64,000 nucleotides of DNA from Takakia lepidozioides (GCA_030704615.1 CM060733.1:56606001-56670000); one strand, 5' to 3'; counted from the first letter of the stretch, positions 14,395 to 27,513 are shown. The notes: generated by a model not told the origin, from the sequence alone. Translations and numbers: made by a program.

Positions 14395-14925
14395 TGTGCT
14401 CATCCTACCCCACCCCCACCAATGACCTTTTCTTCTACAGGAAGTAGCACATTCATAAATACAACGTTTGACAATAATTAACTTGACAACTTGTTTATAT
14501 AGCCGGCACTAACACCCACACCCGCATATTATTAGCGCTAACTTACTATTAGAGTTCCGCAATTACCTCTATAAAGAGACATGGGGGGTGTGCAAGCAAC
14601 TTACTCCGTTAGCACACACAACCAAGATTCTTGGGGTGAAATTCGTGCATAAAGCAACTTCTTCCGACAAGCCATCTTCTCTACACTCAAAGTCTTCTTC
14701 ATCTCTTCAAGTTTCTGGGAGGGTGCGGAAAGGAACTTCCCCATGAATGTGATAGACTACATTACAATCAATCTAACCTAGCGGCGAAGTCTTCGGCCCT
14801 TTTTCAAATAAAGTAAACGAAGCGGTCTATTGTACTCCATTACTTGTTACTTCCAAGATTTAAATGCTATTTATTCATCATTCTCCAAGTCATTCTCTTC
14901 TTGGGTGAACACTCATTCCACCACA
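14395..14925 (+). mobile_element. Possible old solo LTR
   Basis: Begins TGTG and ends CACA, with an internal CTATAAA box. The flanks ATCGT and ATCAC only partly match as a target-site duplication. Confidence 0.25.
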
Positions 14926-16070
14926 ATCACTCATTTATATATATATATATATGTACTAAAAAAAAAGCCGAAGCTTCAAAGAATAATCAACAGCCAAATT
15001 AGTTCACATAGAAACTATTATACTTAGAGACTTTCGTGGTAAGTTGAGAAAGTTCTAATTACAACGCACTGATCCAACCTCGGACCCTGCAAAGCAGCGG
15101 GTAAGGGCCAGCCCAACCCTACGGCCTCCGCCGTCGAGGCGGCGGCTGCAGCGATCCGCGAGCACATCTGGGCCGTCCGCCGCAAAGGCGAGGCCTCGGA
15201 CGCAGAAGAATCACACCCCGTGTACGGCACACATGTGGAAAGAATCGGTAAGTCAGATCGCATCCGGACCGTGCGACGGGAAAGATGGAGGGGGCGCGAA
15301 AGAGGCGAGGTGGCCTCTTTTCGGGGAGCGAGGGGCCGGCCCCGTATTCCAGGTGTCGAAACCCCGGGGACACGTGGGGGCCAAGGAAGTGCGGTGAGGA
15401 CAGAACCTTCGTGGCCGCCTTCGGGGGCGCGGTGACGTGGCCCGCGCCACGGCAGCAGGTGACCCGGCAGAGCGAGGCGCCCACCACGTTCAAACGCAGG
15501 CCGCAGATTGCCTCGCCCGCACGCCACCGAGACCTCGTCTCGACCTTTCCAGGCTGCTGCACCTTTTGTCTCTGCGTATTTGGGCCTTTGGGAGAGCTCG
15601 ATTCTCTTCATCTTTGTCTGTTTTCTCGCACAATTCGAGCTTTGGAGATCCTCTTCTCTGACAGGCTTGTCTGCTGGTGCTGAATTGCGGCTGTGAATCT
15701 ACTAGTAGCCGTCAGATTCTCTCCATTGCTGAATTGGTTCGTTTTATATCGAAACTGTGTTCTTGGTTGAAGCCTCGGGCGGTTCGGGGCTGACATTGTT
15801 GCCCACGAGGATTGAACATCTTCCGGGGTGGGAAAATCTCGAATTGCGGTGTATCTGCTTGTTCTAGCCTTTGAGATTGCTCTCTTTGCTCTCTTTGCTC
15901 TCTTTTTGTTTCTGTTTCGAGGTTTCCAGGCGCTTCTTCTCTCGCATTGTCTCCGCATTTGGGTTTTATCTTAGCGCCTGACGTCGGTGCACAAGCTAGG
16001 CGTTGTTTCTGCTTGAATTCTCCTCGGAGTGGAAGAGGCTTGTTTCAAAGTGGAGAGGAAGGAAGGGAAC

Positions 16071-16991
16071 ATGGTGGTTGGGGGGAAGTTCGCGCATAGG
16101 GAGGGGCCTGTCTGGCTCGCTCCTTTGCTGGAAAGCGAGTTTTTTGGGCACTGTAACACTCATTTCACAGGGAAGAACGAGAAAAATCATTTCTGTCTGG
16201 AATGTCATGCGGGGCCTCTGTGTTCGGTGGGAGTAGCGGAGTCGCATATGAGCCATCCGACAATTCAGATTAGGAGAGCGTCGCACAGAGATGTGGTTCG
16301 AATTGGCGACATTCAGAAGTATTTGGACATCTCTAATATCCAGCCCTACACCATCAACAGTGCGAAGATCGTCTTCCTTCAGAGCCGTCCGCAGCCGAAA
16401 CTCGCCAAGGGTGCGCCCCGGTACTGCGATATCTGCCACCGGAGCCTTGCAGACCAAGTCCGATTCTGCTCAATTCTGTGCAAGCTGGTGGCAATTCAAG
16501 AAAGCCCGCATGACTTCACCTTGTCGCTCACATCCTATGGAAAGCCTGGCCAGAGCCTTGGCAGCCGGGGATCAGGTGGGAGCAGTGTAGCGCCTTCACC
16601 GAGTGAAGGACATGAAGTCAGTTCCACCAGTCGTGGTTCCAGCGGGGTTGCTGGATTCTTCCCCCGAACTCCTAATGCTATCAGTAAAACGAAGAGGCGA
16701 GCGAACGAGATGAGCGGCGAAGGTTTGAAGTCCAACCATGAGGTTTTTCCCAAAAAGAAAAGGCTGTCTGCTGGAGTGGAAATTTCAGTGGGTAAAAAGG
16801 AGGGTCCACACGGTGACAGGAATCATCCTTTGATATCAATGTCGATGCTCATACCTCCCGAAGGAGATGTTACAATGTCACAGGATGCACCTCTCAGTCC
16901 CGCCGCCCCCTGGACCCCTCAGAGTGTTGATGCAATTCCTCGAGTTCATCATAGGAAACAGGTGCGTCCACACAGGGCGCCCTTCTACTGA
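16071..16991 (+). CDS. PLATZ: PLATZ zinc-binding transcription factor, single coding exon
   Basis: PVWLAPLLESEFFGHCNTH...NHFCLEC...IQIRRASHRDVVRI.DIQKYLDISNIQPYTINSAKIVFL.SRPQP...CDICHRSL....RFCSILCKL, plus the C-terminal RKQVRPHRAPF motif. Confidence 0.95.
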   Translation: MVVGGKFAHREGPVWLAPLLESEFFGHCNTHFTGKNEKNHFCLECHAGPLCSVGVAESHMSHPTIQIRRASHRDVVRIGDIQKYLDISNIQPYTINSAKIVFLQSRPQPKLAKGAPRYCDICHRSLADQVRFCSILCKLVAIQESPHDFTLSLTSYGKPGQSLGSRGSGGSSVAPSPSEGHEVSSTSRGSSGVAGFFPRTPNAISKTKRRANEMSGEGLKSNHEVFPKKKRLSAGVEISVGKKEGPHGDRNHPLISMSMLIPPEGDVTMSQDAPLSPAAPWTPQSVDAIPRVHHRKQVRPHRAPFY

Positions 16992-18240
16992 TAGCTCCGC
17001 ACAGGCTGAAGGGGCTCGGTGATTCGGCACCTGAGCACTAGTGGAATGCGTGTAGATAACAAGCAAACTTACCGCTGTTGAATACAACTTCGAATTCTGG
17101 AGGAGAATGCAAAGTACGACTTCTGGAGGAGAGTGTTCAAGCCCTTTGAAGACATATGAGGCAATGCTCTGAAATTCACACAAGGTACTTGTTCCGTTAT
17201 TCTGGTGATCTTTCACTTATATTGGTCAACTGTGTCTCGGAACTGGGCTAGCATGCTTTGCATTCCTGCTTCCCGTGGTACTAATACCACCTCACCACTG
17301 CAGTCGAACGCTTTTGGAGTTCGAGTGTAGTATCACATTCTCGTTTTCCTAAGCATCAATGACAATGCTTTACATGAAAGACCAAAAGTATTGAATTTGG
17401 TCCTGGTTTTGTATATGTGTGGAACAGGGGACATCACTGACATGGAGGGGGGAGAAGAGTACTTCCAGAAAAAGAGGAGAAAGATATCGGCTTAGGCTGT
17501 TCCACAGCGTTTTCACTCACTCACACATACATACATTGAGGGGTGGCCTTTAAGGCGACCCTGTAAGATTTTCAGCACATCATACTAGGATGCTGATTCC
17601 TCCTCGGATTTGGATAAGAAACTATAACAGCATTCCAGGCATGAGGTCTCTCACCAACCCGCTCCCCACTATATTACTGTACCATTCAACTTCAGTTGGG
17701 GCTTCGGGCATCTTCACACCTAAGATTGTCCTATTCAGCTCGTTTGACAAAATGATATTGCAAAGAGGAACCCAGCAACTGATGGTATGAAATAAATCAA
17801 GTGAAGAAAACATGATGGCAAATAGTTGACGGGCTTGTAATTGCTCAGGTTGAGCGCTTTCCTGTTGTTTCATGAATCAATGTACTCAATACTGGTGGGT
17901 TTCATTCATCTCTTGCTCTTATAGTTGCAATGACTTCTGTGTCTGCAAGTGTCCGTGGAGGTGCACAGCTACACTTCATATCTTTCGAAGCAGCTACCAA
18001 AAGACAGTGCCTTTTGTGTGCAGCACCTTCTTTTGCTTTTCTCTCTACACAGATAGTCTACTTGTGCTTATGGTCCATCTCTGTATAGGCTGGAATAGTC
18101 AATAAATCTCATTAAATGCTTTAGATGTACCAACCTAGGTGCAAGATGCCAGAGCGCAATGAATTCATTTGGAAATGTCAAAGAGTCTGGATTGCAGTCA
18201 AACTCGTTACCCATCTGCAACATGCTTTTGGTGGAGTTAT

Positions 18241-18850
18241 CTTCCACTCTGCCTGGACAGTACTTACTTAACTAGACAGATTAGGAAAGAAAATGACACT
18301 GAATGCAATACTAGATTTTTCATACAGCAACGAGTATGAATCACGAAGATAACCACTTGTGAAGCTTCCAACAAGCACTTCAATGAATGGAACCAGGAGC
18401 AAATCTCAGTGGAAAATCTAGTTTTGAAGATTTGTTTGTTAATGATCTGCCCCACATTTCTTCTGACTATTGGCTGTTCCTCAAATTCAAATAGTGGATC
18501 TATTCCGTTGACCTAATGCAAAGAGAGCTTGTGTGCTTGAGAAACAATAACTTCCACTCTGCCTGGACAGTACTTGGACAGATTAGGAAGAAAATGACAC
18601 TGAATGCAATACTAAATTTTTCATACAGCAACAAGTATGAATCCCGAAGATAACTACTTGTGAAGCTTCCAACAAGCACTTCAATGAATGGAACCAGGAT
18701 TAAAACTCAGTGAAAAATCTAGTTTTGAAATTTTTTTGTTAATGATCTTCCCCACATTTCTTCCGACTATTGGCTATTCCTCAAATTCAGATAGTGTATC
18801 TATTGCGTTGACCAAATGCCAAGAGAGTTTGTGTGCATAAGAAATAATCA
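18241..18850. repeat. Tandem duplication of a ~300-310 bp unit (18241-18550, 18551-18850)
   Basis: Both units start CTTCCACTCTGCCTGGACAGTACTT and align along their length with scattered substitutions and indels. Confidence 0.9.
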
Positions 18851-19620
18851 CACTTGGACAATTCCAAGTTTGTACATGTCCTCTCGTGCATTGCAATCAT
18901 TGTTTCAATATAACATGAAAGTGAAATGATAGATGCTCCATTCATATACTGAACCAAAAAACGATGAATGCCCAAATGCTGACAAATCCAACAATTGAGG
19001 GAAAAAAATGATACTTAGTGGAAATGAGAAAATTTACATTCAGATACAATATTGATACTGTAAGCACTCCCACCATACCTCTGTAGTCCCCTATTTTGCC
19101 TCAGGCATGCAGCAAATCTCGTCCCCAACATATTCATATGATCATTAGGACTGTTCAGCATTGCTTCTGTCACTGTGATGTAGAAAACTTTTGTGAAGTG
19201 CATTAGTCCTCAACACAGCAGGAACATTTTTGATACTACACATTGTGACGGGTATCCACCACCTTGTAGCAATCCACTACTTACCTCTCCAGCACTGTCT
19301 TAGCGTACTAGCTGTGTGAGCTGCATCAGCACCAAGGTCAAAACATAAGATCTCAGAAACAACCACCTCGAAATTGGAAGAAGCCTCACAAACTACAAAG
19401 CAAGCTTTCCCTGCGGCAGAAATTCAGGAGAAGCAGCTCTTATAACACTCCATCCTCTTGACATGGGTTCACTCACATCAACCATACAAAGAGATGTATT
19501 GTGCACAAAAATGTGACTACACAGACAGCCACAAGAAGGGACAATGTCCTCCTCTATCATGTAAGGAGAAGGAGCAGCATATTGAGTAGTCTGAGAATAC
19601 CTTGAACAATGACACCAGTA

Positions 19621-22044
19621 TCAGAGGTCTTTCCCAAGCTCAATTCGAAGATTATCATAGGGATAGTTGCGCGGAGCCTGAAACCCAAACAGTCATGCAC
19701 ACAAATGTAAGATGATGACAATGTACTCACTGACTGCTTGCCATGTGAGGTCCACGCCAGCTTTGGACCAGGAAAGGGGGAGGAGGGAAGGGGAATCCCA
19801 CAGTCATGGATGACTCCTTAACTGACCATTCAAATGAAAATTGGTCGTGCCTCCCCAATTTTATCTTGAGAGCTGACATGGCATTATGCAAGTATTGACC
19901 ATAGGGTTCTGCCCCATGGACTGCGGCAGCTTTCAGCTTCAAGGTACAATGCTTTAGAAATCAGATCGGTCAGGTGGCTTCCCTTTTTTTGAGCTGGATT
20001 AACTTACTGTCCAAGGTAAGCAGCCCACTCAAAATTGCATTTCAGCCTAGTGCCCAAGGTGGGAAGGGCGCTTCAGGTGTTCTCTAGGTCCCAGTTATGC
20101 ACCAAAGGTTCTGAAGAAGGCTGAGGGAATGTGTGCCTGGAAAGAAATTAAAAAACTAAATGCTCTACCTTAGCGAACATTCATTGGAAATACTACAATA
20201 GACCCGGCTGAATGATTTTGAGCTCGTCTCAAGGAGATCCACAAGATATCCCCTTTCTCAAATATGAAAACCGCCTAAACTTCTTGTCACTCTCTGCAAG
20301 ACAAGCTGGGCTTTTACAAGTCAGCCATCTGGAAGGTGCCTTTCTTTGGCTGAGGCTTGAAGGTTCTTGCCTATGCAAGAGCGTGCAGTGGGCATCGTCA
20401 AGATTCAGGAGCATTGCCTTCTCTTTTTCCCTAAGGCCAAAATAATCTCTGTTCACTTCTACAATGATCTGCCTGCCTCGATCTGCAGATTCACTCCAAG
20501 TTTTGAAGGCCCTTGTAAGGGCAGAACATAGGGAGTAGTGAAAAAGTAATCATCAAGATAAAAATCCCAGGTGCCTAGGGTATTATCTTGAGAACTCGAA
20601 TTTAGAGGTGTGGCTCGCTGGGGCCCATGCCCATTGCACGAGGAGCATCCTGTTTCATCAAGCTAATACTAGGGTAGCCTGTGCCGTTGGCCCAAGTGTC
20701 CAATGTCATCTAAGTCCAAGTGCAATCTCCTATATATCCAAGTGCGTCTCCTATGTCGAGGCCCATGTGTGAAGAATTGAAATCGATATACTAAAATGAA
20801 GTTGGATGTCAAAAACACTTGAAATTCCAAATCTCCCACATGAAGGGCCAATCATTGCTCCAGGAAAGCCCACTTTGCTAATTTCCCCAAATTTCCAGCG
20901 ACCTAAAGTACTTGAAATTCAATATCTCCCATACCATGGGTCCAAAAATTATGAGACCAAGCCGGTGCACCCCTCCCCATCGAGGGCGTTCCAACGGCAC
21001 CAAGCACCAGGGCTGGAACCCCGAGGTTTGGGAGATCTCAATGACGCTACAAACAAAACAAAACAAACAAACTACCTTGCTTCATATATTGATTGTGTTG
21101 CACAGGAAGATCACATGAAAGAATCACAAAAGCTCCAACCGAGAACCTAAAGGCTCGACCAGAGGTTTGAGACAGGCTTACAAAGGGAATTCTTGAGGCC
21201 TTGTTATTCCAAGCAGCTGCAAGCCCGACGAGCCCAAAGAATCCCATGCCTCCCATCAGCCACGCCAGCGCTTCGAACTGAATCACATACCATGCAATGC
21301 CACCACTCTTAGTCATGGACATCCCTCCTCCCCTGCATTTCCTAATGACAGACTCATTCTACACTTGGGATAAGCAGCCCTCCTTCACCCCACCTACCCC
21401 TAATTATCAATCATGTCAGCTCACACAAAATTGACCAAAAAACCCTACATCTAAAGCACTCTCTCGCACACTACATCAATAAAACACATTGTTCTAGGCG
21501 CGCGAGAGAGGGAGATAGAGAGCAACGACAGCTGAGGCCGTTTGAATCCCTAACCGATACATCAGCCACTGGGTTAACCTGACCTAATCCAAGCGACTCT
21601 ACTTTGCCACTCATGCCAACACCATAGCATTACCATCAGATCCACCTTGCTTTCCTCATCAAATTACAAGGAGAAGGACTTACCTTGCCAACCATGGGAG
21701 CCACATTGTCGAGACACGGCTCTGGAAAGGGGCTTCCATCATCCCATATCAGTTCCTCATTTTCATCAAGCTGCATGCCACACAGGACAGCTACTTAGAC
21801 ACTTGAATTTCAAAATCAAGTTCATGGGTTTCGAGACGCTTGCCTAACAATCCTTGCATTTGCAAATGAGCTCAAAAACCAAGTGGAGGGACGGAGAGGT
21901 TACAGGCGCAGAAGGGGGTGGGCCAGTGCCCACAGGGAGCCCAAAGCCCGATCGCAAGCGCAAGGCGGATGCCAGATGTCCAGGCACCACACCTCTGCGC
22001 ATCACAGCGCTGAAGCACTTGATGCCGCTCATGCTTCCTGCCAT
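19621..22044 (-). CDS. NDUFB8: Mitochondrial complex I subunit NDUFB8/ASHI, 4 exons
   Basis: Exons read MAGSMSGIKCFSAVMRRG...LRLRSGFGLPVGTGPPPSAP / LDENEELIWDDGSPFPEPCLDNVAPMVGK / FEALAWLMGGMGFFGLVGLAAAWNNKASRIPF / APRNYPYDNLRIELGKDL* (19677-19621), matching plant B8 subunit motifs. Confidence 0.92.
20669..21092 (-). mobile_element. Non-autonomous Helitron in the last intron of NDUFB8
   Basis: On the minus strand: A|TCAATATATGAAGCAAGGTAGTTTG... at the 5' end and ...GGGCCAACGGCACAGGCTACCCTAG|T at the 3' end. This gives TC and CTAG termini, an AT target, a GC-rich subterminal hairpin-like motif and no TSD. Confidence 0.75.
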
Positions 22045-22169
22045 CTCCTTCCCTTCTTTCTCTCCTCTGCCACTACACCATCTCTCTTGCAGGTCTCTCT
22101 ACTGCAGATTTGGGCTGATTAACCATTGATTAGTCTAACCCGCCTTCTAATCAAGATTCTTACTTTAAA

Positions 22170-22210
22170 CTGCCACGTGGGTAATAACTATTCGCTGTTA
22201 TGGCACGTGG
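22170..22210. promoter_or_regulatory. Two G-boxes (CACGTG) in the short divergent promoter between NDUFB8 and the BOD1/Shg1-like gene
   Basis: TGCCACGTGG at ~22171 and TGGCACGTGG at ~22201, between head-to-head ATGs at 22044 (-) and 22436 (+). Confidence 0.5.
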
Positions 22211-22435
22211 CTCTCTGCTATTTGTCGTAATCCAGGGTTTCCTAGTTCTGGAGCTTGACCGGATTGCCAGATATGCTGCAGTCGGGGATCTGAAGTGTAT
22301 CGCTCTTGCACTTGTACATCCGCGGAGCTTTAGAATCATGGTTGTTGACGTGATTGAGTGATGTGCAGGAGTGCACAGACGGCCCTCATTTCACGTGTGG
22401 TGGGGATGGCAGCCGATCAGGAAAGGTAGACAAGC

Positions 22436-23946
22436 ATGCAGGACACAGGGGATGCTGGGTCGTCGGCGTTGGGTTCGCCGGTGGCGCCCAGTCAGGTTCT
22501 GTCATCTCTCATGAATGATGGGACATTCGACAATCTGCGGGTCAAAATCATCAACCAACTGAAGCAAAATGTGAGTGTTTTAAATCCCCCCCAGTTTGTG
22601 GATGTCACCGAATTATCCACGGGAGCCTTCTCTGTTGAATGCTAGGTATCTGGTGTTGAGCCCTGCGGCGTGGTTGCTGATATGAGTTGTTGGGTGTTTG
22701 ATGTCAAGTGGTGGATTCGGTGTTGCGATGGTGTTCCACGCCCTATTTTGGGAGTGCGTTAAGGGTGGGTTCTGAGTACAAACATTCATTGGCAGTGTCA
22801 AGAACGTTGAGTTCTTTTCTAACGAGAGAGAGAGGCGAAGCAATTTGGGTTTCCGACTGGAGGGCCCTCGTAAACCCACTAGCATAATAAGGGTTTGAAA
22901 GGAACGAACAAATCAAACCCCAAAAGTCAAGCAAAGGCACCTGTGGTAGGTCTGTCATCTATGAGTGTTTTCGAGCGCCACTCTTCACTGCCTTCAGCAG
23001 TCTGTCTCTTGGTTATTTACTTATCCTTTCTTGCCAGGGTAGTGAATTTGGTCTATCCACACCAAAGTTTCTATGTGCCAAATGCAATGGATTGTTGAGT
23101 ATCTTGTGAGTACCCTTTCATCCCCTGGACGTTGGGCAGTGTCTAAATGAGAAGTGTGTGCATGCATGTATGTGCAGGAAGAGATTAGGAAGTATACTTC
23201 CACTCTGGTAGAGAGCAGTTCAGTGCTCAACACACCAGGGGCAGAGAGTAAGAGTCGGAGAGAACTTTTCGATTCACTGCGGCGCGAACTTGAGTATGTT
23301 CCCCAAGTCTTACCCGCAACAGGAAACATGTGAGCATGTCATGTTGGAGTTCAACTCATAAACCATGGAACTCAAGCTTGGGTCCAAGCTATTTGTTTGC
23401 AGAATGATGTCTTGCTAGTGGTAGTCTGCTGATCATAAATGTGTCTCCTGCATTCCCGTATGAGAAGGCAGAGATAGAAAGCTCAAAGAAGTTTGGTAAG
23501 AGAATACCATCAAGATTCTTCTACTGAGGTGTGCTGCTGGGAAGGCAAGTGTTGACATTGATGCTAATATCCAGTGTCTGGTGAGGGGGTACAGAGGCCC
23601 AGTGCTAGAGAGAGCTTCAAAGGCAGCATGGGAGCTTATACTATCAAAAGATGGCGTGGGCAAGGAAATAACTGAAAAGGTGGACGTAGTTTACACAAAA
23701 TTGAGTGGGAACGAGTCCTCAGCGTCCAGTCCCCATGACCAGCCTGCCCAATTGTTCCAAGAGAGGGCCACCGTTGATGTGCCTCCAGGATGCGAACCTT
23801 CGCACCCAAATATTAGTGCAAATGGGCATGTACATCGGAGACCTGACTGGGGAAGCACTCCTCAGAATGACACACTGGCCATTCCAAGTGCCAGAAAGGG
23901 GGCCCAAGATGAGCCGGATTGCTACCATCCTCCATTGTATGACTGA
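22436..23946 (+). CDS. BOD1/Shg1 (COMPASS-associated) domain protein, 3 exons
   Basis: Exons ~22436-22570, ~23178-23293 and ~23595-23946 give VLSSLMNDGTFDNLRVKIINQLKQN/EEIRKYTSTLVESSSVLNTPGAESKSRRELFDSLRRELE/GPVLERASKAAWELILSKDGVGKEITEKVDVVY. The G.FD.LR motif is typical of BOD1/Shg1. Confidence 0.8.
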
Positions 23947-25902
23947 TTGATTGGGATCCAGCTTAAGGGCTACTCTGGTTGCTGTATGTGCTGGTCAGAT
24001 TTGTTATACACAACCTTAAATTGTGGTTGAGGTGTCTGTATGGAATCCTTGATTCTGGCACTTACCCTTACAAAGAAATTCTCGGCACGTACGGTAACTT
24101 CTTTGTAGTAAAGCAGACTTACAGGTTGCAGCAGGGTAACCAACCAATGGTGTTGTTCAATGTCCATACGAAATTGGGGCAGCCTATTTGATCTCCTAGT
24201 TAGTTTGCGAGATTGTGAAGCCCTTTCATTTAAGATTACTGCAGCCACACCAGAGCTCATGTACAATCCAATTGCATCAACAGTTCCAAGAAGCTTTTCA
24301 TGTCAAAATTCCCTCTGACTCTGGTTGTCTTTTGAAGAGAAGGTTTTTTCTACAAGCTTAATAATTTCTGCCTTCTCGCTTGTCTGAAAATCTCAAAACC
24401 CTACAAGCAAGGATTGCTGAGTTATTCTGACATTAGAAGCCATAGGGGAAAGCAGCATGGATTGACAGGATCATAGAGCTGATCAATGGTGAAATAAACA
24501 TGGTATTCACCATTGAAAGGGATCTATTGGTAAGTTTTGTCATTGCAGACTAACATATTCAAAATGTGGATGTTGGGTGAGATGGCCTCGAGGTGCAGAC
24601 CACCATTTGGCCCCCGAAAGATTGTGACATGAGTAGAGCACTGTTTGTAGGGGACTCTGCATAGAGGCACAAACAATTTTCAGATACACATAGTAACACA
24701 AGCGGCATTCCTGGGTCACGGTTTTCAAATATGTACACTTGATGGACTTGATCTCCTCATAAGACAATTAAGTTGACTAGTGCAATGTACTCACTCATTT
24801 CACAAGCAACGCTGAAGAGGGATGTGAGTGTCGGACCCCAAAATAGCCTGAAGAATGTTAGTGCAATCAAAAGTGAGAATGTGTGGAGGCTGATGGAGTG
24901 TAGGGAAGGGAATCATTGAACCTCCCTGGCTCCCTTTTGATGTAGAATAAAAGAGAGAATGTGATGGAAGTACCTTTGAGGACTAATACGTCTGCAAATG
25001 ATTCTCGGATTTTGGGTGTACGCCCAGGAGTGGGAGGGAGATCAGAAATTATAAAGACAAAAAGAGAACTTTAACCGCTAGCCTGTATGAGTGTAATCGT
25101 GGATTCCAGAAATGCGAAGAGCTACTCTCTACTACTGTTTGGCGTCTCAGTGTTGCCGTTTCTATTGGGAACCCATACTTCAGTGTCCTAGAGCATTGCT
25201 CAAAAGATTGCAGATGACTGCTTAAGAGATCTCAGAACTACCCTGATTGAATATCAAACGAGATCCTTGCCACAGTCAGTTGTCGAAGAAGATGAAATCA
25301 GCTCACGCAAACCAATACAGAGAAGACCTATCAAAGACCACAGATAGTAACAGATCCAAATCGATTGAGTCCATGGAAAGAAATGGAGAGAAATGAGAAA
25401 ACAGTTCCACTTTAATTTTCACGCATTCAGTGGGGACAGAATGCAGGTCAATGATAAGAATCCATTAAAAGACCGTTGGCTCAAGGTAACTGCACAAAAG
25501 AAATGCGGAAATGCTGCTCTTTACTCATTGCTGTATACATAGTCACTGTCGCCTGGAGCTCTGCTCAAAAGATTATGTGCAGATGCCTGCTTAAAGTCTT
25601 TGAAACTACCCTAATCAAGCATCCAACCAAATGCTTTCCAAAATAACCTGTCTCAGGTGCCCCTTGGTTGAAGAGGTGAAGAGAACCTCTATAATTCCAG
25701 GCCCTCTCAACCCAAGTAAATCTGTACAGACGCATTGTGGCAGAGACCACCCTCACTCACAGATTGCACTAGAAGCGCCGCTGTCAAGTTGAATGTAGCA
25801 GGCGACAAGATCTTGCCAACATAAACACTCCTTCCTCTGCCCTAAGTATGTTACAGAAGTTCACCATCGGCTGTCTCACCCTGTTAGCGCCCGAAGAAGC
25901 AT

Positions 25903-27513
25903 TCAAGAGTTACACCGGCGCCAAGCATACACCGACGTCGGTGGCGAATCAGATGAAAGACCTGAATTACATGGAATTACAGAATTGGGAGGAAATGCAG
26001 AATCAGGAGACTGATAAGTGGCTGTGGACTCTTGAGTGCTCTCCAAACTAGAGCAAGATTTGGGGCTGCAAAATCCCAGTTTGAGGTCGAGCTCCAGCAT
26101 GCTAGTCCCTCGCTCTTTGGGAATGAATTTCGATGGACATGGAGCTAGCTGCAAGTTCCCATCTGGAATAGGCCCAGACAAGAAATCGGATGTACTCCTG
26201 TCCACAGTGGCGCGTGAAACCATAGCACAAGTTTCTTTGATTGACCCCTTCTGCACTGCCTGACTCTGTGACACAGTGCGTGGTTGTAAACCTGTAATAC
26301 CATCAATACTCTGGGACGTTGGGCACTTCTGGGAAGCTAGCCTAGTGACCCGGGAACGGGTGCTTTCGCCAGGAGTTGAAAGCTCTAGCTGCGGGGGAGC
26401 GTTCGGCAATGGCGAAGAGCAAGAGGTAGGCAGTAAGAAGTTGGTGCGTGCCTTAGCCCCACGCAGCCTACGGGCTGCGGCATCATATGCCCGAGCAGCA
26501 TCCTCGGCTGTGTCAAAGGTGCCGAGCCAATGCCTGCATCTGCCTATACGATCTCGAATTTCAGCGGACCATCTACCCCATGGCCTCTTCCTAACACCCC
26601 TATACACTCGCCCGCTGGTCCCCGCACCATCGCCGCTGCTGGCTCTATCGGAAGCATTGCTGCTCAGGGTCTCCGGAACCAGTCTGCAGTTATCCAAGGA
26701 TGGTGCGAACAGCTCTGAAGAAGGCCTGCTTTCAGCAGCTTGCGGGTTAGATCTGAAGCTTTGTTGTGCGGATCTCACGAAGTTATCCGGGGAGGGTCTA
26801 AAATTTTCCAATGTGGATCTGAAGCTGTCGGATGTGAAGTCAGAGTAAGCTGCTGCTTCTGAAGATGGAGGAGGACCCAAGTTATGAATGGAGTTGAATG
26901 TCAGCATCGGAGGAGAATGATGCAACACAGTCGGGCCAGTCTGCCAAGACGGCGAGAGACGCTCTAGATCTGCCGAAACATTCATGGCGGAAGCCGCCGG
27001 GGGCACACACACTTGCGAGCTTCCAAACAGAACACGCTGACCGACGACCGCAGCAATGCCATCCAAGTCATGCAAACTCGTCTCCTCCGCACTGCTCTGA
27101 GCAAACCTGTGATCGAACAAGAGAGACAGCGGACGGTCCCCCTCCATCTTCACCAATTCAGCATCTCCATATCCGTGCAGCGGCACGCCCAGACAAGAAT
27201 TCTCACCCCAGCTGCTCATGAATTCAGCAGGCGGCTGTGTGCCGCCCAGTCGATGCTGAGGAGTGCTCTCCTCAGCAAGCGACCGAATGGAAGGGTGGCA
27301 AGATGACATACAGTGAGTGCAAAGCGAGTGCAGGGGGATGGCATCCCCTGAGCATCGCATGCACGCCCCCGCCTGGTACCGATCACCAGCCCCGCTCTCC
27401 TGCACCTTCTCCTTCTTCACATTCACAACAGTCCCGGGCATGGTGTCCCTCCACTTCCGCTTGGGGGGGTATATGGCGCTGCCCAACAGCATGTCGTGCA
27501 GCGCCATGGACAC
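25903..27513 (-). CDS. AP2/ERF transcription factor (ERF084-like AP2 domain) with a C-terminal EAR-like motif; single exon
   Basis: 536-aa ORF with [56 protein letters not shown], and LELDLKL (LxLxL) near the C-terminus. Confidence 0.93.
   Translation of the reverse strand: MSMALHDMLLGSAIYPPKRKWRDTMPGTVVNVKKEKVQESGAGDRYQAGACMRCSGDAIPLHSLCTHCMSSCHPSIRSLAEESTPQHRLGGTQPPAEFMSSWGENSCLGVPLHGYGDAELVKMEGDRPLSLLFDHRFAQSSAEETSLHDLDGIAAVVGQRVLFGSSQVCVPPAASAMNVSADLERLSPSWQTGPTVLHHSPPMLTFNSIHNLGPPPSSEAAAYSDFTSDSFRSTLENFRPSPDNFVRSAQQSFRSNPQAAESRPSSELFAPSLDNCRLVPETLSSNASDRASSGDGAGTSGRVYRGVRKRPWGRWSAEIRDRIGRCRHWLGTFDTAEDAARAYDAAARRLRGAKARTNFLLPTSCSSPLPNAPPQLELSTPGESTRSRVTRLASQKCPTSQSIDGITGLQPRTVSQSQAVQKGSIKETCAMVSRATVDRSTSDFLSGPIPDGNLQLAPCPSKFIPKERGTSMLELDLKLGFCSPKSCSSLESTQESTATYQSPDSAFPPNSVIPCNSGLSSDSPPTSVYAWRRCNS

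Noticed and set aside
15024-15958. Several overlapping 100-195 aa ORFs upstream of PLATZ
   Set aside because: GC-rich promoter/5' UTR sequence with low stop frequency; no domain motifs.
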